IMG/VR virus record: IMGVR_UViG_3300035180_000994
Coordinates: 4,419-68,418 of that record
Length of the DNA stretch: 64,000 nt
Reading direction: 5' to 3' (one strand)
From: a virus
Made by a program: the position numbers and the translations under genes. Of the stretch, positions 36,717 through 43,877 are shown piece after piece. The notes under the pieces are model-generated. The model did not search any database, was not told where the DNA came from, and saw nothing but the letters and a program-made list of their open reading frames with translations. Numbering within the stretch: position 1 is the stretch's first letter; every line of letters starts with the position of its first letter.

Positions 36717-36974
36717 CTAGTCAAAGGCGTGCGGTTTGGCCTCGAAGGGGTTGGAGTTCCACTTGGATGCATCGTAGATCAAGGTATTCCCAATGTAGCC
36801 GAGGACACCCAGGTCTTTCCACACACCAGTAGCGGGGTGGACGACGTTCAGAGGGGAGAACCCCCGGAGGTCGCCGAACTCTTCAGCGGTGAGGACGACG
36901 GGGTTGTGGGCAAGTTGGGCAGCCTCGACCTTGGCGAACAGGGCGTCGGTGTCGATCACGAGGAGCTGGGTCAT
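36717..36974 (-). CDS. hypothetical protein (start revised to MTQLLV)
   Basis: ATGA overlap with thyX stop, GGAGG RBS. Confidence 0.65.
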   Translation of the reverse strand: MTQLLVIDTDALFAKVEAAQLAHNPVVLTAEEFGDLRGFSPLNVVHPATGVWKDLGVLGYIGNTLIYDASKWNSNPFEAKPHAFD

Positions 36975-37729
36975 TGTCCAGCCTCCACCTGGATGCCCAG
37001 GCGGCTGGCCGTCCAGATGTCCTCGAAGAGGACGGGGACGATCTCGTGTAGTTGGCGCAGGACCTCGCGGGCGATGACCTGCATGTCGGGGTGGGCGCTG
37101 CCGGGCGTGCGGAGGCCACAGAAGTGCCGGAGGGCCCGGAGGTTCATCGTGGTCACGATCTCGGTCTTGCAGTCGTTGGGGAGGAAGCCACGGGCCTCCT
37201 GGGGCTTCCACTGGAACCGCTCCAGGGCCTTGATATAGAGGCCGAACTCCGTGACCATACCCTCGTGCCAGAAGATGTTCATGTTCGGGTCGTTGTATTT
37301 GAGCAGGTGCCAGGGGAGGATCGCCTGGGGCGGCCTCTTCCCGTAGGAGACGTAGCGGGTGGACTCCTGGGTGTAGGAGGCCAGCCGATGCCGGACCAGC
37401 TCATGGGTGACGCCTCGGCAGGTCACGATCCGGAACGTGAAGCCAACGTGCTCCAGTGTGGACTCGTGCTTCAGGCTCATGATGTGGCTGAGGACCTTTT
37501 TATGGCTGTCGGGGCCGATCTTGTCCTCGGACTTGTAGGCGGTGCGGATCGCCATCTCCAGGAAGCGCATGATCTCCTCGCCGTCGCGCATCGGGGAGAT
37601 CAGCTCCACCGTGGGGACGAGAACTTCGACACCCTTCGTGGTTGGGAACAAGCCCATGGCTCGGCTGACATCGAAGTAGCTGGCCAGGGCCTCAAGGGGG
37701 TTGGGAACGTCTACGGGCGTGAACTGCAT
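36971..37729 (-). CDS. thyX: FAD-dependent thymidylate synthase
   Basis: HESTLEH, THELVRHRLASYTQESTRY, ARGFLP, MNLRALRHF, AHPDMQ. Confidence 0.95.
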   Translation of the reverse strand: MQFTPVDVPNPLEALASYFDVSRAMGLFPTTKGVEVLVPTVELISPMRDGEEIMRFLEMAIRTAYKSEDKIGPDSHKKVLSHIMSLKHESTLEHVGFTFRIVTCRGVTHELVRHRLASYTQESTRYVSYGKRPPQAILPWHLLKYNDPNMNIFWHEGMVTEFGLYIKALERFQWKPQEARGFLPNDCKTEIVTTMNLRALRHFCGLRTPGSAHPDMQVIAREVLRQLHEIVPVLFEDIWTASRLGIQVEAGQ

Positions 37730-37741
37730 ATGGGTGTCCTC

Positions 37742-37769
37742 CACCCAGATGATACCCACCAGCTACTTG
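37742..37769 (-). promoter_or_regulatory. extended class M promoter
   Basis: CAAGTAGCT-N3-GGGTATCATCTGGGTG, 25/28 identical to 38697-38724. Confidence 0.7.
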
Positions 37770-38029
37770 ATTTTCTTCCCGGTCAGACGGAAAAGCACCC
37801 GCTCGGCGGCCTCGACCTCCATGCGGTCCACACGGGTCAGGACGGGGTCCTCCCCGTCTACGTGGACCAGCCCAGTCAGGAAGCCATCCTCGATGGCCTT
37901 CACGACCAACCACATACCTCTGTAGGCGGAGTCAGAGCGCGGGCAGATGCGGACGACGCTGTTGATCTGGACGCGGCGGCGGTCAGTTTTCGGTTGGAAC
38001 AGACTGGGGAAGTGTTCCTGGACCGACAT
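37763..38029 (-). CDS. small hypothetical protein
   Basis: 88 aa, GAGG RBS. Confidence 0.6.
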   Translation of the reverse strand: MSVQEHFPSLFQPKTDRRRVQINSVVRICPRSDSAYRGMWLVVKAIEDGFLTGLVHVDGEDPVLTRVDRMEVEAAERVLFRLTGKKIK

Positions 38030-38038
38030 GACAGCACC

Positions 38039-38689
38039 TCACCCCTTCTTCTTAATTAAGGCCCTGACAGTCTCGGCGCCAACGACTCGCGCTAATGGTA
38101 GGGGATCGTCATGCTTCTCCGCAGTGAAGTAGCACTCAAGTAGAGTAGTCGCTGTGGGCACGGATTCGGTGGTTCCTGCGGCGGCTTTTATCAACTTCCG
38201 GGCAGTTGCGATGAACGCCGGGGCGATGTCCGCGAAGGTCAGCAGGGGCGACGGTGCTTCATCCTCCTCGTCGTCCTCCGGGAGGTCGTCGAGATCCACG
38301 GCGAGGTCGTTGGGATCCTCCTCCAGCTTGGGGAGCTTGAACTCCCGCTCCAGGTAGCGGAGGGCCTGAGGCCGGTTGATCTCCAGGGTCCTGGCGACGA
38401 TCTTGACGTTGTCCCAGTAGTTGTCCCCGTCGGGGCAGCCGAAGCAGTGGCAGTCGTTGTTCTCGATGTAGACGTAGAAGCTGGGCTTGGAGTCCCGGCC
38501 ATGGAAGGGACAGGACATCGGCGACGACCGGCGGTTGTGGAACATGTAGAGCACGTCCCGCACGTCGATCTGGGTCTTCACCCGCTCCCATCGGGCGTCG
38601 GAGATGCCCTCGACCCGCAGCTCATTGGCATCGCCAAAGTCTACGTCGTCATCTATCAGCAGTTGGGGTTCGTCTTCGAGTTCAGCCAT
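38039..38689 (-). CDS. stand-alone primase CHC2 zinc-finger protein
   Basis: CPFHGRDSKPSFYVY...CHCFGC. Confidence 0.87.
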   Translation of the reverse strand: MAELEDEPQLLIDDDVDFGDANELRVEGISDARWERVKTQIDVRDVLYMFHNRRSSPMSCPFHGRDSKPSFYVYIENNDCHCFGCPDGDNYWDNVKIVARTLEINRPQALRYLEREFKLPKLEEDPNDLAVDLDDLPEDDEEDEAPSPLLTFADIAPAFIATARKLIKAAAGTTESVPTATTLLECYFTAEKHDDPLPLARVVGAETVRALIKKKG

Positions 38690-38696
38690 AGTGCCT

Positions 38697-38724
38697 CACC
38701 CAGATGATACCCCGTAGCTACTTG
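38697..38724 (-). promoter_or_regulatory. extended class M promoter
   Basis: Near-duplicate of 37742-37769. Confidence 0.7.
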
Positions 38725-39611
38725 GTGGACTTGGGCGCGGACTTCTTCTGGGCGGTCTGGAGGGCGGCGATCTCGGCCTCCATCTCGGCGACCTTCTGGG
38801 CCAGCCCGGTCTTCTCGTCCTCGACCTTCTTGATCGTGTCGGTCTGCTCCTTGCGGGTCTCGGCGCGGGCCTTCTCGACCGCTGACTTGGACCCGAAGAA
38901 GTAGATGAAGACCCCGACGGAGAGCAGGCCGGTGGCGATGGAGGAGAGGACGGCGGCGGCCAGGGACTCCGCGAGCTTCTCGACGAAGATGTCCCACTTC
39001 TCCTTCTTCTTCCCGGTCTTGGGGTCGCGGTGGTCCTTGGTGAGGACGACCTCGACGACGGTCCCGATGTTCGGCGCCAGGAGACCGAAGCCCTCGGCCA
39101 TCTGCTTGATCGCAGGCACCATGGCCACGAGGGCTTCCAGGGACTGAAAGACCGTGGCACCTTCCTCGTCGCGCCAGGGGCACACGGCCTCGGTCTGGAG
39201 CTGCTGGGTGAGACCAATGACAGCGTTCTTGATGCTCTCCAGGGCGTCGGACACGTCCATGAGGGTCTCGACCACGGAGGCCATGATCTCGGCCTGCCGC
39301 CGGGCGGTCTCCTTGATCTCCCCACGAGTCCCATCCACCGTCTGGGTCATAGCATCCACGTCGGTCGAGAGCGTCCCGGCCAGATCGTGGAGGATCGTGA
39401 CCTCGGCGGCCACGTTGGCGTCGTTGGCCTTCAGGCCCTTGACCTCGGTGACCACCTTGTTGATCTGCTCGGTCAGGCCCTGGATGTTCTTCACGGCCTT
39501 GATGAGCTGGGCATAGGCATCGTCGCCCATCGTGTAGAGGGCGTTCATGTCGTCCTTGATCGTCGCCCCAGTGGAGAGGCGGCGCTTGTCAGATGGGCTC
39601 TCGCCGCTCAT
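38718..39611 (-). CDS. coiled-coil membrane protein (possible lysis/holin-related)
   Basis: Long heptads; TM LAAAVLSSIATGLLSVGVFIYFF; class L unit. Confidence 0.55.
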   Translation of the reverse strand: MSGESPSDKRRLSTGATIKDDMNALYTMGDDAYAQLIKAVKNIQGLTEQINKVVTEVKGLKANDANVAAEVTILHDLAGTLSTDVDAMTQTVDGTRGEIKETARRQAEIMASVVETLMDVSDALESIKNAVIGLTQQLQTEAVCPWRDEEGATVFQSLEALVAMVPAIKQMAEGFGLLAPNIGTVVEVVLTKDHRDPKTGKKKEKWDIFVEKLAESLAAAVLSSIATGLLSVGVFIYFFGSKSAVEKARAETRKEQTDTIKKVEDEKTGLAQKVAEMEAEIAALQTAQKKSAPKSTK

Positions 39612-39614
39612 ACC

Positions 39615-39992
39615 CTACCCCACACGCTTACGAAGCTCTTCGAGCACCCGGGCATTGGCCTCGGCGATCTTGGTCAGCTCAGCCAGGGCCTTGGAGTTAG
39701 CGTTGGCCATCCCCTCGACCTGCCGAGCCATCTTGTTGTTGTCCTCGGCGATGGTGCCCCACTTCAGCCCGGCCTTGGCCATGGTCTCCTCCAGGGCCTG
39801 GGTGCGGGAGAGCACGACAGCCATGTCCTCGGCCATGCCGTTGTAGCTCACCACCAGTTCGTTGACCGTGGAGGTGATGGCCTCGACCGCGACCAGGGTG
39901 TCCTGGATGGCCTTGTCGCTGTCCACGACCTTCCGCACCCGGATGGGAGTGAGCGGGCTGGTCTTCTTTGCGGACTTGGGGGTGGGCATCAT
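39615..39992 (-). CDS. coiled-coil protein
   Basis: 125 aa, GGAGG RBS. Confidence 0.65.
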   Translation of the reverse strand: MMPTPKSAKKTSPLTPIRVRKVVDSDKAIQDTLVAVEAITSTVNELVVSYNGMAEDMAVVLSRTQALEETMAKAGLKWGTIAEDNNKMARQVEGMANANSKALAELTKIAEANARVLEELRKRVG

Positions 39993-40020
39993 GGACCTCC
40001 GGCCCGAGAGACTCAGGCTT

Positions 40021-40040
40021 CACCCTAGATCCAGGAAGTC
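40021..40040 (-). promoter_or_regulatory. class L promoter motif (variant)
   Basis: GACTTC-N8-AGGGTG, intergenic. Confidence 0.45.
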
Positions 40041-40047
40041 GGCGGGC

Positions 40048-40548
40048 TTAGACGAACGGGAACATCGTGGTCACACCCTTGCCCATGACGTAGATCCGGA
40101 CGAAACAGGTGTAGAACGGCAGGGTCGGGCTGAGGAGCATCCAGGCCCAGAAGGCGACGTTCCAGACCATGGGGATGGCCATGCTGATCTTGTGGAGCTG
40201 GGGCGGGCCCTTCTCGAACCACTGGTAGCCCCCGGGCTTGGCCAGGACCTGGAATGTGATCTCCTTCACGAGGTAGAGCCCGAGGGTCAGGGGAACGGTC
40301 GTGAAGAACCAGAGGACCATCGAGTGCTCGACGGCATAGGTCTCCCACCACTGGACGTAGCCCAGACCGGGGATACCCTCGCGGATGCCCATGACGATCA
40401 CGAAGCCGATGACCCAGGACCTGAGCCAGAACTTGGCGAAGCCCGCGACACCGGCGCCCTCGTTGCCGGGGACGATGACCCGCCCATGGTGGTAGATCCT
40501 GAGCCAAAAGCTCATGACCAACCCATACATGACCATCCAGTTGAGCAT
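40048..40548 (-). CDS. multi-pass membrane protein
   Basis: 166 aa, about four hydrophobic segments. Confidence 0.7.
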   Translation of the reverse strand: MLNWMVMYGLVMSFWLRIYHHGRVIVPGNEGAGVAGFAKFWLRSWVIGFVIVMGIREGIPGLGYVQWWETYAVEHSMVLWFFTTVPLTLGLYLVKEITFQVLAKPGGYQWFEKGPPQLHKISMAIPMVWNVAFWAWMLLSPTLPFYTCFVRIYVMGKGVTTMFPFV

Positions 40549-40775
40549 CAGCGTCCTCGGGCAGTGTGGGTCAAGGCGTCCAGGTAGACACAGTCCGGCA
40601 GGTGGACGATGGCCACGGAGACGTTCTGCTTGGCAGCCTCCAGGTTGTCGGCACCACAGAAGAGGCAGACCTCGTAGTCCTCGCCGGTGATAGAGCAGGA
40701 GTCGGGGAACGCCCGGGACTGGTAGGCGTTGTCGTAGATCGCTTTCATCGCCTTGTCCAGCAAGGGGTTAGCCAC
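40548..40775 (-). CDS. small protein with CxxC..H..C motif
   Basis: CLFCG...HLPDC; AGGAGG RBS; class E motif upstream. Confidence 0.65.
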   Translation of the reverse strand: MANPLLDKAMKAIYDNAYQSRAFPDSCSITGEDYEVCLFCGADNLEAAKQNVSVAIVHLPDCVYLDALTHTARGR

Positions 40776-40819
40776 TAGAACCTCCTACGCGGGGGCCCAC
40801 CATGGGCCCTTCCAAACCC

Positions 40820-40849
40820 TAGTAGGTGGACAAAAAGTGTCCGATGCAC
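40820..40849 (-). promoter_or_regulatory. class E promoter motif
   Basis: GTGCATC-N16-CCTACTA with GGACA/TGTCC dyad in the spacer. Confidence 0.65.
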
Positions 40850-40850
40850 C

Positions 40851-43800
40851 CTAAAAGCGACCCCGGCGAGCCGTCATCCGTGGGGAGAGGGCAACGCCAC
40901 CAGCCCGGACGGCGGCCATGCGCCCCACAGCCCGCCCACGTTCAGCGACCCGGAGCTGCGACATCGTGCTGATCTCAGGGTTTAAGCCCATGTCCCCGGG
41001 GCGAAGGCCGTCAGGCCCAATCTGGACCTGCTGCCCGGACAGGGCGAAGAACTTGTTGCCCTCCTCTGCCATCCACTTCTGAGCACGCCACGCGGCGAGG
41101 GCAGCGGCGTCATACATGTCGTCGTGGGCGTTCTTTTCCGTCGGGGCCTCGACTTTGATCTGGTGCTTGCCGACGTAATAGGCTTCGACTGTCCCCATCT
41201 CGTGGCGGAACTTCGGCACGTCGGGGAACCGGCAGATCCCCTGGTTGATGTAGCCCTGGAGGGCGTAGGCGGCCTCGGAGTTGATCGCGGCGGTCAGGTG
41301 GACCAGCTCGATGAAGTCCATCTGTCGCTGGTGGCAGAGCTGGATGAACATCGCGCCCGCGTATTGGTCGATGGCACCGTGGGCGCCGGGCAGCCACTGG
41401 TTCATGTCCCAGAACCAGTCCAGGATCTCGTTGATGTCCAGTTCCTTCACGTGCTCCCAATCACCCTCGCCGACCATCATCCGGTCCACATAGTCGTAGA
41501 CCAGGAGGAGCTGACTATCCTGGCCCTGCTCCCAGTGGCAGATGGCGATGGCCGTGGCGTCGTGCTTCATTCCGAGGTCACAGCCCCAGAAGTATTTGAT
41601 CCCGACGCGCCGGGGATCGAAGCCGTAGGCGTTAGGGCGCCCGGTGTCGAAGCACTCGTTGAGCTTCCCGATGGGGACGAACGTGCCAGCGGACTCCAAG
41701 AACCGGCCACCGTGCTCGGCCTGCCACTTCACGGGGTCGCGCTTGAACTTGTTCTTCAGGTAGGACGCGGCGATCTCGGTCCCGGCCATCTCGGCGGTGG
41801 AGCACTGGTAGACGAAGAGGGAGGCGTCCTTGCCGTCAGCCATGCCTTCCTGCCAGAGGGCGTAGGTCTTACCGACCTTGGTCCACGGGGAGGTCACGGT
41901 GATCGTCAGGGAGTCCAGGTGCTCCTCACGGTCCTCCTTGTTGACGAAGCGGGCCGTGGCGGGCGTGGCCGCTTCGTAGACCTCGTCGGAGGAGGCCCCG
42001 GTCGCGGACCGGAAGTGGGCGAACTCGTCGAAGGCCAGGAAGTAGGAGGAGGGACCACGGGCGCTCCGCGTGGTGCAGGGCCAGGAGGCTACCTGGATGG
42101 AGGCTTCCACGTCGCGCCGGTGCCGGTCGGCCTCGGTGATGAACTGCATGGAGTCCACGCCGGGCTTGCCGTGGATGAATGGGCGGAAGAACTCCGAGCG
42201 GTTGACCGCCATCTTGATCTTGTCGTAGAGACGACCAGCGCCGTCCTCGTCCTGGGCCAGGAGGGTGAAGTCAATGGGGTCGCCGTCGGCCAGCCGGTAG
42301 AACTCATGGGGGTTGCGGACGTTCAAGAGCTGGCGGAGCTTCTCAGTCGCCAACGCCGAGATCAGCACGGAGTTGTGGGTGACGTTGAAGTTCTTACCGA
42401 AGAGGAACAGTCCCTCGGGGTGGGCTACCGTGATACACCGAACCTCTTGTGCACCGATGGGCTCCACAGCAGTAATGAATCTACGGCGCTGGGAAGGCTT
42501 CACGGTCTTGGGGAGGGCGGCGAGCTTTCGTTGAATCTGGAAGACGGGCGTGGGATCCGTCCACGTCACCCGCACCCGGTCGGCACACCGCTTCCCGTTC
42601 AGAGATGTCTGCCCCGTCGTGATGGTGGGCTTGAGGCCGAGGGAGGCCGCGAGGTGATAAACACCCTGGGACAACGCTGGGAGTTTACTGGAAAACTCAC
42701 AACGGGAGCGGTGACACCCGCCGTCCGTGTCCATAAGTCCCTGGAGCAGGGCAAGGCGCTGTTCTCGGGAGGCCCATAGGTAGGACTCTGGGATGTGCTT
42801 GTTCTGGAGGAGGCCCATGGCCCGGAGGGCGGCCTTCACGGGATTTTTGTCTCCGGCGTTGACCCCCCAGGACCCCTTCTTGGCCCCAAGGACCCGTGAG
42901 GTCAAGTGGTAACTAGAGGCTTTGTTGACGGGTCCGGTCTTGGTCTCTTTCCGAAGCTGAAGGCCGTGGCTCTTAGCAAACCCTTCCAGGAATGTCACGA
43001 CCTCGGGGTCCATGGTGGTAATCGAGGGGTGCCTTGCCGCCCCGTCCCCAAGCCAAAGGCCGAGGAAGTAGGGATCCAGGGGTAGTTCCTGTTCAGGGAG
43101 TTCTACGACCGCTGCCAGGGGGATGGAGTGGTTGGTCTCAAACTTCCCATCAGGGCGGGCGACGTGAAGTGTGGCCCTGATCTCCTCCGTGGTGCGGATC
43201 GCACCAGAGGTGGAGGCGGTGGAACACGATGCTGGGCGCCGGGCGAGCTGCGGGGAGATACGTCGGCTTCTGGCCTTGCGATCTGCCTTGGTCTCCGTCC
43301 ACCAGAGGTGGCCCCCGTGGGCTACCACGGAGGTCCCATCATCAAAAGCAACGCGATAGCCCTGATCCCGAAAGGGCTCATGGGCGTAGAGCACTTCGGT
43401 GGGTTGTCCGTCTGGCCCGAAGACGAAGTCCCCCGCTTTGAGATCGCGGTTGAGCACCCAACCCTTCGGTGTAGGGATAGGCTCGTCCATACCTAAGGCT
43501 TTTCCGCCTCGGCGCCCGGCTAGGATCTCCGCTTCGGAGAAGCCCTTGGAGGGCAGGTCCCGCCAGTCGGAGAAGTTGCAGCGGCCCTGGTCCTTCAGGT
43601 AGCGCAGGAACTCCCGCTCAGTGAACGTGTGGATGATGTTTTCGCGGAAGTCATCCCAGACGGGGACGAGCTGTTCCTTGTAGTCCATGGGGATGCCCGC
43701 GATGGCCTTGAACAACCACCGCTGGACGGGTAGGAGGTTGATCTTCGGACCCTGGGGAGAGGTCAGGAAGTCCAGGCCATTCATCTGGCTCCGGACATCG

Positions 43801-43871
43801 GTGATCGCCGAATCGACGATGGCGCCAAACGAACTGGCGCCACCCCTATTGTGCTTGCGGCTTACGACCAT
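40851..43871 (-). CDS. terminase large subunit, intein-containing
   Basis: Walker A AGRRGGK|S split by intein, SARG, Walker B LAFDEFAH, VTSP motif III, nuclease GCDLGMKHDATA and HDDMYDA. Confidence 0.92.
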   Translation of the reverse strand: MVVSRKHNRGGASSFGAIVDSAITDVRSQMNGLDFLTSPQGPKINLLPVQRWLFKAIAGIPMDYKEQLVPVWDDFRENIIHTFTEREFLRYLKDQGRCNFSDWRDLPSKGFSEAEILAGRRGGKALGMDEPIPTPKGWVLNRDLKAGDFVFGPDGQPTEVLYAHEPFRDQGYRVAFDDGTSVVAHGGHLWWTETKADRKARSRRISPQLARRPASCSTASTSGAIRTTEEIRATLHVARPDGKFETNHSIPLAAVVELPEQELPLDPYFLGLWLGDGAARHPSITTMDPEVVTFLEGFAKSHGLQLRKETKTGPVNKASSYHLTSRVLGAKKGSWGVNAGDKNPVKAALRAMGLLQNKHIPESYLWASREQRLALLQGLMDTDGGCHRSRCEFSSKLPALSQGVYHLAASLGLKPTITTGQTSLNGKRCADRVRVTWTDPTPVFQIQRKLAALPKTVKPSQRRRFITAVEPIGAQEVRCITVAHPEGLFLFGKNFNVTHNSVLISALATEKLRQLLNVRNPHEFYRLADGDPIDFTLLAQDEDGAGRLYDKIKMAVNRSEFFRPFIHGKPGVDSMQFITEADRHRRDVEASIQVASWPCTTRSARGPSSYFLAFDEFAHFRSATGASSDEVYEAATPATARFVNKEDREEHLDSLTITVTSPWTKVGKTYALWQEGMADGKDASLFVYQCSTAEMAGTEIAASYLKNKFKRDPVKWQAEHGGRFLESAGTFVPIGKLNECFDTGRPNAYGFDPRRVGIKYFWGCDLGMKHDATAIAICHWEQGQDSQLLLVYDYVDRMMVGEGDWEHVKELDINEILDWFWDMNQWLPGAHGAIDQYAGAMFIQLCHQRQMDFIELVHLTAAINSEAAYALQGYINQGICRFPDVPKFRHEMGTVEAYYVGKHQIKVEAPTEKNAHDDMYDAAALAAWRAQKWMAEEGNKFFALSGQQVQIGPDGLRPGDMGLNPEISTMSQLRVAERGRAVGRMAAVRAGGVALSPRMTARRGRF
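42372..43499 (-). mobile_element. class 3 intein with LAGLIDADG homing endonuclease (376 aa)
   Basis: Starts Ala (ALGMDEPIPTPKGW), block B HLW, block F VRCITV, ends VTHN/S; PYFLGLWLGDG and LLQGLMDTDG. Confidence 0.92.
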
Positions 43872-43877
43872 GTGCCT

